From contig JBAYVT010000002.1 of NCBI GenBank assembly GCA_041674405.1, positions 30,001-62,000 on the forward strand: DNA of 32,000 nt, in the 5' to 3' direction. Numbering within the stretch: position 1 is the first letter of the stretch; every line of letters starts with the position of its first letter. A program made the translations under genes and the position numbers. Positions 9,325 to 18,271 of the stretch are shown one piece after another. The DNA comes from Patescibacteria group bacterium (GTDB lineage Bacteria > Patescibacteriota > UBA1384 > XYA2-FULL-43-10). The notes below the pieces were generated by a model. That model had not been told where the DNA came from, searched no databases, and saw only the letters and a program-made list of their open reading frames with translations.

Positions 9325-10308
9325 TCAATATACGCTATATCCACCAAATTTTTTTAATTCAGAAAGCAGAAGCTTTTTATTGCTTTTATCACCGCAGAAA
9401 AGCAAACATCCTCCTCCCCCAGCACCACAAGCACGGTGGGAATATCCGTATTTTTCCGCAATTTTAGCCATCATTTTCATGTTTTTTGTATAATATGCAC
9501 TTGATAGATCTAGGCGCAAATTCCTATCATTGGCGATTCCTGTTTTGAGCATAGATAGGTCTTTCCCCAAGATCCCTCGCCAAATATCTTCCGCATTTTT
9601 GGCAATCTTCTTAATTAATAATGGATTTTTTTCATATCCAGATCTCATTTGAGAGTTTAGTTTTCCTGATGATCTCGATTCACCGCTGTAATATACCAGA
9701 ATATGATTCAACACCCAGTTATATAACGGAGAGTTTTCTTCTCTATGGTCAATCATCTTCGCTTCTCCATATCCAGGACCACCAAAAGTCATGTAGTTCA
9801 TTCCTCCGTGCCACGCAGCATAATAATCTTGCTTGCCTCCTAAAATTCCCATCGACATTTCAACCAAATAGTTCAATTCGGGAACATTTACACCGGGAAT
9901 TTCATAAAGTTCGGAAAGTGCCATGATCACTCCAACCCCTACCGCCGAAGAAGTGCCTAGGCCAGAAGCAGACGGAATGATGCCAACACTGGTAACTTTT
10001 ATTTCCAATCCATCCGGCTTTAGGTTAAATAACGAAATAAAATGTCGGACAATCTGGCTAACATTATTTTTTTCTTGTTTGATAAGATCTTCAATACTCC
10101 CTTCGATTTTCTCGCCCAAATCAGGAAGTTCGAGTTTAATACCCTTGCCGCCATTCAGTTTCGCTTCAACTTTGACTTGTACCGGTAAGGCAATATTTAC
10201 AACCGAGCCACGATCCGCTTTAAGTTTCTTAAGGTAGTAGCTAATATCTGTAGAACCGCCGGCAATATCTGCACGAACTGGCACGAACAGAGTTACCCTT
10301 TTCATCAT
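9325..10308 (-). CDS. GHMP-family sugar kinase (heptose-7-phosphate kinase-like)
   Basis: PVRADIAGGSTDISYYL, GIIPSASGLGTSSAVGVGVIMAL, CGAGGGGCLLF. The start is set where AGGAGG precedes ATGATGAAAAGG, overlapping the upstream stop. Confidence 0.85.
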   Translation of the reverse strand: MMKRVTLFVPVRADIAGGSTDISYYLKKLKADRGSVVNIALPVQVKVEAKLNGGKGIKLELPDLGEKIEGSIEDLIKQEKNNVSQIVRHFISLFNLKPDGLEIKVTSVGIIPSASGLGTSSAVGVGVIMALSELYEIPGVNVPELNYLVEMSMGILGGKQDYYAAWHGGMNYMTFGGPGYGEAKMIDHREENSPLYNWVLNHILVYYSGESRSSGKLNSQMRSGYEKNPLLIKKIAKNAEDIWRGILGKDLSMLKTGIANDRNLRLDLSSAYYTKNMKMMAKIAEKYGYSHRACGAGGGGCLLFCGDKSNKKLLLSELKKFGGYSVY

Positions 10309-11156
10309 TTCCTCCTGGATTTCTTCCATTCCTTAATCGCCTTTTCGTATGATTCATAGGTACCCGTATCAAGCCACTGGCTAAAGAAGGGGTAACCAAA
10401 TAATTTCCCCTCCTCCGCCAACTTTGGATATATGTCATATTCAACCATTGCCTTCCCCTTTTGGGGAACATATTTATCGATCACTTCTGGTTCCATTATA
10501 GCCATACCCGCATTAGCAAGATTACTTGGTGCTTCTGATCTCTTTGGTTTTTCGACAAAACCGGTTATTCGGCTGCCGGTAAGTGATGCAACCCCAAAAC
10601 GGCTCGGGTCCTCAACCGGTGTGAGTGCAATTGTAGCTAATCCTTCATTATTTCGATGAAAATGCATAAAATCCGAAAGATCAATTTCCGAAAGCACATC
10701 CCCCCAAACAATAAAGAAGGTTTCATTTAGAAATTTTTTTGCCAATCGCAATGGTCCTGCTGTTCCTAGTGGGGATCTTTCTTCAACATAATTTATCCTG
10801 ACGCCAAATTTTGTGCCATCTTTGAAGTAATCCTTGATCATCTCCCCCTTATAACCCAATGCCAGACAGATTTCGGTAACACCATGTGAGCGCAGAAGGT
10901 CTATCACATGTTCCACCATTGGCTTTCCAGCAACTGGCAAAAGCGCCTTTGGTAATTCATAAGTAAATGGCCGAAGCCTTGTCCCCTCGCCCCCAACGAG
11001 AAGAATTGCTTTTTTGATTTGGTTTATGCCAAGGCCATTTTCGATAAGATATTCTGTCGCATGCGATCGATTTCTGATTTTTTTACCATCGATTATTGCA
11101 TCAATCTTTGAAAATAGGTCTTTTTTAATGGTGACGGTTAACTTTTCTCGTTCCAT
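10305..11156 (-). CDS. N-terminal ribbon-helix-helix domain fused to a sugar-phosphate nucleotidyltransferase
   Basis: KLTVTIKKDLFSKIDAIIDGKKIRNRSHATEYLIENGL (RHH-like), then KAILLVGGEGTRLRPFTYELPKALLPVAGKPMVEH and FFIVWGDVLSEID. Confidence 0.85.
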   Translation of the reverse strand: MEREKLTVTIKKDLFSKIDAIIDGKKIRNRSHATEYLIENGLGINQIKKAILLVGGEGTRLRPFTYELPKALLPVAGKPMVEHVIDLLRSHGVTEICLALGYKGEMIKDYFKDGTKFGVRINYVEERSPLGTAGPLRLAKKFLNETFFIVWGDVLSEIDLSDFMHFHRNNEGLATIALTPVEDPSRFGVASLTGSRITGFVEKPKRSEAPSNLANAGMAIMEPEVIDKYVPQKGKAMVEYDIYPKLAEEGKLFGYPFFSQWLDTGTYESYEKAIKEWKKSRRK

Positions 11157-11228
11157 AGAACTCCTTAAAAATTATTCATATACGATAATATACGATATAT
11201 AAAAATAGATCAAATTGATTGAAATAGC

Positions 11229-11618
11229 TTAGTCCGACATGATTACCCAGGGTCGCCGATCCTGTTTCTTGTATTTAACGCAGGCAACAAAACGTTCAGG
11301 ATCTTTCAAAAATATCAGAGAAACAAAATTTGCTTTTTTCTTTTCTTCCCAAAATTTTTCATCGACACATAAGTCATCAGAATACATTTTACGAAATTCC
11401 GAAAGACCTTTCGATCCAAAATTTTCGTAATACAAAACATTATCTACAAAAACTCGTCCAACAATACCGCCACCTGATTTTTTAAGATAAATTTCATCTT
11501 CTTTTGCAACAGATCCGTAAGGGGCAATTTTATGAATTGAAAATCGTGACTCGATTGTTTTTTTTCCAACCAGGATATTTTCTATAGCATCACCAACAAA
11601 AATCGCTAAATGCCTCAT
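11229..11618 (-). CDS. ASCH/PUA-like domain protein
   Basis: IENILVGKKTIESRFSIHKIAPYGSVAKEDEIYLKKSGGGIVGRVFV resembles ASCH domains. Confidence 0.5.
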   Translation of the reverse strand: MRHLAIFVGDAIENILVGKKTIESRFSIHKIAPYGSVAKEDEIYLKKSGGGIVGRVFVDNVLYYENFGSKGLSEFRKMYSDDLCVDEKFWEEKKKANFVSLIFLKDPERFVACVKYKKQDRRPWVIMSD

Positions 11619-11655
11619 GAAACTCCTAAAGTGCCTTAATATTTTTGGCCACCTA

Positions 11656-11695
11656 ATTAAAACAAAAACAAACAGCTGTTTGTTTTTGTTTTAAT
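11656..11695. terminator. 40-bp perfect palindrome, probable terminator of the kinase-fba-pgk operon
   Basis: attaaaacaaaaacaaacag|ctgtttgtttttgttttaat, 18 nt past the kinase stop; T-tract on either strand. Confidence 0.65.
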
Positions 11696-11713
11696 ATTTA
11701 GAATATACCCTTA

Positions 11714-12727
11714 TTAATAAATCTCGACAACCATGCGTGGATTTTCAGCTACTTGCGCCTCAAGCTCCGATTTGGGCAACAACCCCCCTTGTGCTCCAAT
11801 TATTCTGACAACGGAAGTAGAATTTACTATACCTGCTTTGAGTGCTTCAGATATCTTGTATTGATCGGAAAAATCCGCGTCTTTTGAATCTAAAAATTTC
11901 GCAACAAAAGCTGATGCAAAACTATCACCCGCTCCAGTCGCATCCACTCTTTCTCGATTCATTGCTTCGATTCGATATGACCGAACCCCATCAAATGCGT
12001 AAGCGCCTTCTTTTCCATCGGTTACGATAATTATTCTTGGCCCAAGAGCATGAAGCGATTTGGCAATTTCTTCAACCCGCGGCCGCACAGGATAATTGGA
12101 AAATTTTATTGCTTCTTCACGATTCAAAATCAATATCGAAACACATTTTAATAATGCCCTGTATTTCGAAACACCCTTTTCGATTTGCAAAGAACCAGGA
12201 TTCCATGCAATTTTTGTTCCCTTCTCAGAAGCCATAGATATTAGATCCTTTTCAACTTCTTCGGTGTTTTCCCCCATCGGGCAAACAAAAAACCATTTAG
12301 TTTTTAAATTTTTTTTAGGCTTCAGCACTGAGTAATCTGAAACCCCGTGGCAAACAAAAATTGTTCTTTCGTCCCCAAGATTAAAAATGATTGAAAAATT
12401 TGTTTGGACATCATGTTTTTTAATGACCTGCGCTTCGTCTACACCCTCAATCCTAAGCCTTTCCAGTATTTTTTCAGAAGGAGAATCGTCTCCAATAGCA
12501 GTAATAATTGCAGTGTTATATCCAAGGCGATTGAACGAAACAGCAGTGTTGCATGCTGAACCGCCAATATCATAAAATGCATGTTCTAAAGAAATTTTTT
12601 CCCCCAGTTCAAAAGAAACAGATTTGCCCGAGGCATATCTCCGGCTGCTTTCAATATCAAAAGTATGAGGCTTAACAAAAATATCCTCTGAAGCATCCCC
12701 AATTGTGACAATATCATACTTTGTCAT
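11714..12727 (-). CDS. PfkB/ribokinase-family carbohydrate kinase
   Basis: IGGSACNTAVSFNRLGYNTAIITAIGDD and VDATGAGDSFASAFVAKFL. Confidence 0.9.
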   Translation of the reverse strand: MTKYDIVTIGDASEDIFVKPHTFDIESSRRYASGKSVSFELGEKISLEHAFYDIGGSACNTAVSFNRLGYNTAIITAIGDDSPSEKILERLRIEGVDEAQVIKKHDVQTNFSIIFNLGDERTIFVCHGVSDYSVLKPKKNLKTKWFFVCPMGENTEEVEKDLISMASEKGTKIAWNPGSLQIEKGVSKYRALLKCVSILILNREEAIKFSNYPVRPRVEEIAKSLHALGPRIIIVTDGKEGAYAFDGVRSYRIEAMNRERVDATGAGDSFASAFVAKFLDSKDADFSDQYKISEALKAGIVNSTSVVRIIGAQGGLLPKSELEAQVAENPRMVVEIY

Positions 12728-13569
12728 ACTTTTGCTTTATTTCTTGAACCAAATAATGTTATGTAATCACAGACTAATTTTTCAATATCAGCCTTCACTT
12801 CATTGAAGACATCTCTTGGATCATCGCTGATATCGATATTCTTTGAGGCGCTGGACAAGAACGCCTTGCGTATTTTGGTATCAATATTAAATTTGACCGC
12901 ACCCGCTGCTATAGCAGCTTTTATGTCCTTCTGTGAAAGGCCCGATGCACCATGGATCACAATTGGAACAGAACTAGCATGGGCGATTTTTGACAAAAGT
13001 GAAATATCTAACTTTTCACCCCTCGGTGCACCATGTTCATTGCCTACAGAAACTGCTAATGAAGTAATCCCGGTTCGATTAATAAAATCACTAGCTAAAT
13101 CAGGATGGGTATATGAACTTTTGTTCGATAATTCTCCACCCTCTTCGCGCGAAATTACACCCAGTTCCGCTTCCACATCTACATCAAATTCTTTCGCATA
13201 CGAAACAACTTTTTTAGTTAAAGCGATATTTGATTCATATGGCAGTTTTGAAGCATCAATCATTACAGAATTATATCCGATATCGATGCACTCCTTGACT
13301 ATTCCAAAATCACGCGCATGATCAAGGTGAATTGCGGCAAAAACATCTTGGCTGTCCAGTTCGCTTTTTATTATTCCAAATAGTTCAGGAAGCCCGGCAT
13401 AATCGATTGCGCTTGGCGTAGTCTGAATAATTACTGGTGAATTCATTTTTTTTGCAGCAGCTACGACTACTTGTACTGTTTCGAGATTATATACATTAAA
13501 AGCACCTATGGCATAGCCATCGTTTTTGGCTCCTTGATATGCTTCTTTGAGATTTAATAATGGCATCAA
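12724..13569 (-). CDS. fba: class II fructose-bisphosphate aldolase
   Basis: AIGAFNVYNLETVQ, AIHLDHARDF, YNSVMIDASKLPYESNI, VSVGNEHGAPRG, IVIHGASGLS, KFNIDTKIR. Confidence 0.92.
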   Translation of the reverse strand: MMPLLNLKEAYQGAKNDGYAIGAFNVYNLETVQVVVAAAKKMNSPVIIQTTPSAIDYAGLPELFGIIKSELDSQDVFAAIHLDHARDFGIVKECIDIGYNSVMIDASKLPYESNIALTKKVVSYAKEFDVDVEAELGVISREEGGELSNKSSYTHPDLASDFINRTGITSLAVSVGNEHGAPRGEKLDISLLSKIAHASSVPIVIHGASGLSQKDIKAAIAAGAVKFNIDTKIRKAFLSSASKNIDISDDPRDVFNEVKADIEKLVCDYITLFGSRNKAKV

Positions 13570-14723
13570 ATTACGCTTGTCTTGATATTGCTCACAAATT
13601 TATTGTTGTCAAGTGCAATCAAGCCCGGCATCTTTTCACCAGCAAGGTATGAAAGAGTTGCACCACCGCCTGTTGAAATGAAATTAATATCGCCACGAAG
13701 ATTGTTTGCATCGATAAACCCAACCGTATCTCCGCCCGCAACAATGGTAGTCCCTTTGTTTTTGGAAATTGCCTCTGCAATTCTCCTTGTTCCAGTCTCA
13801 TATCGTTCGTCTTCCGAGTGTCCCAGATTTCCGTTCCAGAACGTCGTAGCAGCAGTCGCTATTTCAGCCTCAAATTTAGCAATTGTTTCCGGGCCGATAT
13901 CCATGATTTTGAAACGGCCACCATCAGAATTTTCCCTAGCCTGATCTACCGGTAAAACAATTTTATCTTGATATCTCGATAGAATATCCTCACAGGTTTC
14001 AAACATTTCCCTTTCATATAATGAATCACTTACGTCTTGGCCAGACGCCGCAAGAAAAGTATTGGCAATAGCCCCTCCAATTAAAATTTTGTCCGCTTGT
14101 CCTGCCAGATTATTTATCAAAGCGGCTTTATCCTTGACTTTTGCTCCGCCCAAAACAATCTTATAAGGCTTTTGTGGATTTTGTATCAAAATATCAAGAG
14201 TTGTTTTCTCAGACTCAATCAGAAATCCGGCATAGCTTGGAAGATAATTGGTAATCGCATCTACTGAAGCATGGGCCCTATGGCTTACCCCGAAAGCATC
14301 ATTAACATAAATATCTGCGTAGCTTGCAAGTTCTTCCCCAAATCTTTCATTGTTGGCTTCTTCTTCTCTGTGCCATCGCAGATTGCCCAACATAAAAATA
14401 TCACCAAAAGTCATCTCTGATATTTTTTTGGCGACCAAGGGGTGAATTATGTGATCTGTCGCATACACTTTCCGTTTTAATAGCTTTGCAAGCTCAGAGG
14501 CGAGCGGGATGGTAGAAAGTTCTGGAATAATTTCTCCAGCCGGCTTTCCCAGATGAGTGGCAATGATAATCTTAGTCCTTCTTTCAAGTAAATACTGGAG
14601 AGTTGAAAGAGATTCAACAATTCTATTGTTATCTAAAATCTTACCGTCTTTAATCGGTACATTATAATCGACGCGAACAAAAATCCGCTTTCCACTAACG
14701 TTTGCATCCCTAACGCTAACCAT
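13566..14723 (-). CDS. pgk: phosphoglycerate kinase
   Basis: VRVDYNVPIKDG, IATHLGKPAG, LLGNLRWHREEE, YVNDAFGVSHRAHAS, GGDTVGFI, STGGGATLSYLAG. Confidence 0.95.
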   Translation of the reverse strand: MVSVRDANVSGKRIFVRVDYNVPIKDGKILDNNRIVESLSTLQYLLERRTKIIIATHLGKPAGEIIPELSTIPLASELAKLLKRKVYATDHIIHPLVAKKISEMTFGDIFMLGNLRWHREEEANNERFGEELASYADIYVNDAFGVSHRAHASVDAITNYLPSYAGFLIESEKTTLDILIQNPQKPYKIVLGGAKVKDKAALINNLAGQADKILIGGAIANTFLAASGQDVSDSLYEREMFETCEDILSRYQDKIVLPVDQARENSDGGRFKIMDIGPETIAKFEAEIATAATTFWNGNLGHSEDERYETGTRRIAEAISKNKGTTIVAGGDTVGFIDANNLRGDINFISTGGGATLSYLAGEKMPGLIALDNNKFVSNIKTSVI

Positions 14724-14884
14724 ATTCCCTCACTTTTACAATTAACCATATTTTACCATTGTAAATTTTTACCGTAAATAGATCATGGCGGAGTTCTGTT
14801 CGTTTTGATAAAATTAATGTGCGTTCAAAATATTGCGATTTAAAATCAGATTTATAATTTTTATCTCTGATTGACGGAGGGGTT

Positions 14885-15817
14885 TTGCCTTACAGGCTTA
14901 AAGATCATCATTTAAACCATATATTTAGCATAATAAATAAGTATTATGAAATTTATGGCGTTTCCAAAAAAAGCAAAAAATTTTCTAGAATTGAAATTGC
15001 ATCAGATTTAATCTGGATAAACGGCAGATCACAAATGCCACCCAAAAAAGTCTTGTTTGAAGACCAACAGATAATTTCGGAAGATCTCAATAAAAAGATT
15101 GCTTTCGTTGGCATGCCCCTGTGTGATGTCTCGGCCATCCATCATTTAATTTACAAATTAAGAGATTCTGGATTAGTACCGGATCGAGATGATCTGTTGC
15201 TGATTGCATCTGAATGTAAGCCAGACGATGCTTGTTTTTGTGAATTTTTCGGTACTGATAAGCGATCAGGTTTTGATATTTATATTCAAAAAAATAGCAG
15301 TGGGTACGATGCATTCTCAGGGACAGCTGCTGGAGAAAAAATTTTAAAAAAATTAGCGCTAATGCCTGATCACAAATTAAACCTGCGCCCAGTTACCCAT
15401 AAGTCCCTAAACAAATTGTCCAAGGAAGAAATAACAAAACTGATTGAAAAACGCGGCCAATTTGATGACTTATGGAACAAGATTGCAAATAACTGCTTTG
15501 GTTGTGGCGCCTGCACAGCTGTTTGCCCGCTTTGTTATTGTTTTAGACAAGAAGAGAAAAATAATTTAGATGGCAGCTGCAAATCTTGCATAAATTGGGA
15601 TTCTTGCTTTGCAAAAGAATTTTCCGAAGTACAAAATAGAGCTGATTTACGGCCTCAAAATGTTGACCGGCTATATAATTGGTATCATCACAAATTTGTC
15701 CGCTCCCCTTATCTTTGCGTCGGATGTGGACGATGTATCAAGGCTTGCCCTGCAAATTTAAATATTAAAAATATTCTTTTATCAATTGAAAAGTTAGGCG
15801 AAAAAAGTGATGAATAG
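14885..15817 (+). CDS. hydB: cytosolic [NiFe] (sulf)hydrogenase beta subunit, 4Fe-4S
   Basis: TTG start after GGAGG. NCFGCGACTAVCPLCYCFRQEE and CVGCGRCIKACPANLNI ferredoxin-type motifs; first gene of a hydrogenase operon. Confidence 0.85.
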   Translation: MPYRLKDHHLNHIFSIINKYYEIYGVSKKSKKFSRIEIASDLIWINGRSQMPPKKVLFEDQQIISEDLNKKIAFVGMPLCDVSAIHHLIYKLRDSGLVPDRDDLLLIASECKPDDACFCEFFGTDKRSGFDIYIQKNSSGYDAFSGTAAGEKILKKLALMPDHKLNLRPVTHKSLNKLSKEEITKLIEKRGQFDDLWNKIANNCFGCGACTAVCPLCYCFRQEEKNNLDGSCKSCINWDSCFAKEFSEVQNRADLRPQNVDRLYNWYHHKFVRSPYLCVGCGRCIKACPANLNIKNILLSIEKLGEKSDE

Positions 15818-16607
15818 CCCTTTTTCATATCGTGAATATAAAATTACTAACAAAACTGAAGTTGCTCCAGATACATTTCTGTTTCGACTTAGAGGAAAAT
15901 TGAAATTTGATCCAGGGCAATTTGTCCAGGTAAAATTTCCCCATATCGGAGAAGTGACTCTGGTTCCCTGCTCTAAAAAAGATGAAAAAACATATTTTGA
16001 ACTTTGCGTTCGCAGAGCCGGAAATACGACCGAAAAAATATCTGAAAAGGTACCGGGTGATTCGATGTTTGTTCGAGGGCCATATGGGCACGGATGGCCA
16101 ATCGGCAAAACATTGGAAAAAGATATTTTGCTGATTTCCGGCGGCATCGGAATCATCCCGCTTATGCCGCTTATGGATGAACTGGTGAAATATCGAGGTA
16201 ATTTTGGGAAAATCTACTTTCTCGCCGGATTTAAAACTCCGCACCACGTCATGTTTGAACAGGATCTTTTGCGTTACAAAAAGAAAATAAGCTATTTCAA
16301 GGTTGCGGTCGAAAAAACCGACAGAGATTGGTGGGGTGAAAATTGTATGATCACCGACTTGATTAAAAACACAAATCTGAGTCCAAATATCAATGTATTT
16401 CTATGTGGTCCGGAAATTATGTTTCGCCCCTGCGTCGATGTTCTATTACAAAAAAAAATTAATCCGAAAAATATTTACGTTTCTTTCGAGCGAAGAATGG
16501 AATGCGGGATCGGTTTTTGCCAACATTGTACTATAGGCAAGTATAAAGTTTGTGAGGATGGCCCCATATTTACCTGGAGCAAAATAGCACCGGAGTTAGA
16601 AAAATGA
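15807..16607 (+). CDS. hydG: cytosolic [NiFe] (sulf)hydrogenase gamma subunit, FAD/NAD(P)-binding
   Basis: GPYGHGWP, ISGGIGIIPLMPLMDEL, VFLCGPEIMF, ERRMECGIGFCQHCTIGKYKVCEDGPIF ([2Fe-2S] motif). Confidence 0.9.
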   Translation: MMNSPFSYREYKITNKTEVAPDTFLFRLRGKLKFDPGQFVQVKFPHIGEVTLVPCSKKDEKTYFELCVRRAGNTTEKISEKVPGDSMFVRGPYGHGWPIGKTLEKDILLISGGIGIIPLMPLMDELVKYRGNFGKIYFLAGFKTPHHVMFEQDLLRYKKKISYFKVAVEKTDRDWWGENCMITDLIKNTNLSPNINVFLCGPEIMFRPCVDVLLQKKINPKNIYVSFERRMECGIGFCQHCTIGKYKVCEDGPIFTWSKIAPELEK

Positions 16608-17335
16608 ATGCAATATTCCCCAAAAAAACACTAGGAATTTTTTCTCTCACTTGTTGCGAAGGTTGCCAATTTTCGCTGTTAAAGGACTTTGTTGGTTTTG
16701 AAAAAATCACAAGATTTTATGAAATAAAAAGTTTTCGCCTCGGGCAAGAAGAAAATGACGAATGCTTTTTTGATGTTTCGCTTGTTGAGGGAACACCCGA
16801 GTCAACTCGGGAACTTGAGCATTTGAAAAAGATAAGAAAAGTATCGAAAGCAGTTGTTTCAATTGGCGCTTGTGCACATTTAGGCGGTATTCAATCAGAG
16901 CGAAATCGCTTACCTAAAAAATACATCGGAAAAGAAAAAGTTAAAAAAATTAGTGACATAATAAAAGTAGATTTGGTTATTCCTGGCTGCCCGATTTCCC
17001 ACAAGGAGGCAGTGGCCGCCCTTCTTGACACATATTGGGGCAAAAAATTTCGGCCGAAGGATTATGCCGTATGTTTCGAATGTAGAAAAAATGAAAATGA
17101 ATGCTTGATAAAAAATGGCAGACCCTGCCTGGGCCCGATCACCCGGGGAGGATGTGATAGTGTTTGTATAAATGGTGGAGAATTGTGTCTTGGGTGCCGC
17201 GGTGCGTTAGATCAAACGAATTTTAATAAAATTAAAGAAATACTAAACCCGATGATCGGAGAAGACAAAACGAATAATCTCCTTACCATATATGGAGACC
17301 TGGAACAAGAATGGAAAGATCAGGACAGACAATGA
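16604..17335 (+). CDS. hydD: [NiFe] hydrogenase small (delta) subunit
   Basis: LTCCEGCQFSLLKD, SIGACAHLGG, PGCPISHKEA, CLGPITRGGCDSVC. Confidence 0.93.
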   Translation: MNAIFPKKTLGIFSLTCCEGCQFSLLKDFVGFEKITRFYEIKSFRLGQEENDECFFDVSLVEGTPESTRELEHLKKIRKVSKAVVSIGACAHLGGIQSERNRLPKKYIGKEKVKKISDIIKVDLVIPGCPISHKEAVAALLDTYWGKKFRPKDYAVCFECRKNENECLIKNGRPCLGPITRGGCDSVCINGGELCLGCRGALDQTNFNKIKEILNPMIGEDKTNNLLTIYGDLEQEWKDQDRQ

Positions 17336-18249
17336 AATTTGAAGAATTAAAGAAAATACTAGCAAGTAAAATAGAATTTAAAGATTTTGACGACCCTGAT
17401 GTCGTAAAAATTAATGCCGGTATAGTAAGTAATCATAAATATAAAATTAAAAGCCACAATTCGAGTTTTTTTGTAAAAGAGATCAAAGACAACGAGGCAA
17501 ATATTCTCAAAATATTAGATATGATTGATCTAGATTTCTATCCCAAAATCTTATATCTTGATCTACTCGATAAAAATATCCTCGTCTCCGAATTTATTGA
17601 GGGTGACGCACTGCAATCTTGGGAGATTCAGGACAATCTTCTGCTAGGTTTTACCCAAATGCAAAATTTGATGAATAATATTAGTTTCCTCAAAGAAAAA
17701 GAAATATTTGGTATTTCGAATTTTAGCGAAACTGATGGTGGTTTTTTCCGAAATCAAATAACAGAAAATTTTTTATATGGATTGGAAACACTTGATGACT
17801 TGTCAAAAACTAATTTGCCAATCGTAAAAAAACACTTCGAGTTGGTATCTTTTTTGAAGAAAGATAAGCAAAAAATATTTGATGATTTTTCAAACATGCC
17901 GTTTGCGAGGCAACATCACGATTTCAAGCAGGACAACATCATTGGAAATCCACAAAAATTGGTTGATTGGGGATCTTCTTATGGATATGGGCCATTTTTG
18001 TTTGATCTTGCTCCTTTTTTGTTAAACAATAAAAACCAATTAGAACTATACAAATCAAAATCAGATGTCTGCAAGGGCTTTACAGACCGCCAGATAAATC
18101 GCTGGCTTTATGTCGCCGCTGTAGCAAGATATATGGAAGATTTGAGATATAGAATTAGCGATAATGGATGGAATTCGTCTAAAGAAAAATGCGAACGCTT
18201 TCTTGAGAGCGAGTATGATAATTATCAGTCATTGCTTGATAAAATATAG
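17332..18249 (+). CDS. APH/choline-kinase-like phosphotransferase of unknown substrate
   Basis: HHDFKQDNIIGN...LVDWGSSYGYGPFLFDLA resembles the APH catalytic HxDxxxxN and metal-binding D motifs. The ATG overlaps the hydD stop as ATGA. Confidence 0.75.
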   Translation: MKFEELKKILASKIEFKDFDDPDVVKINAGIVSNHKYKIKSHNSSFFVKEIKDNEANILKILDMIDLDFYPKILYLDLLDKNILVSEFIEGDALQSWEIQDNLLLGFTQMQNLMNNISFLKEKEIFGISNFSETDGGFFRNQITENFLYGLETLDDLSKTNLPIVKKHFELVSFLKKDKQKIFDDFSNMPFARQHHDFKQDNIIGNPQKLVDWGSSYGYGPFLFDLAPFLLNNKNQLELYKSKSDVCKGFTDRQINRWLYVAAVARYMEDLRYRISDNGWNSSKEKCERFLESEYDNYQSLLDKI

Positions 18250-18271
18250 CTAAAATTTCAGGAGATAGATC

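Noticed and set aside
12803-13321. 172-aa plus-strand ORF antisense to fba
   Set aside because: Shadow of the conserved class II aldolase; no domain signature.
14833-14858. TTGCGA-14 nt-TATAAT promoter for the hydrogenase operon
   Set aside because: The -10 like TATAAT (14853-14858) is good, but the spacing to the only TTG-like -35 is too short and the leader is AT-rich. Not supportable without transcript mapping.
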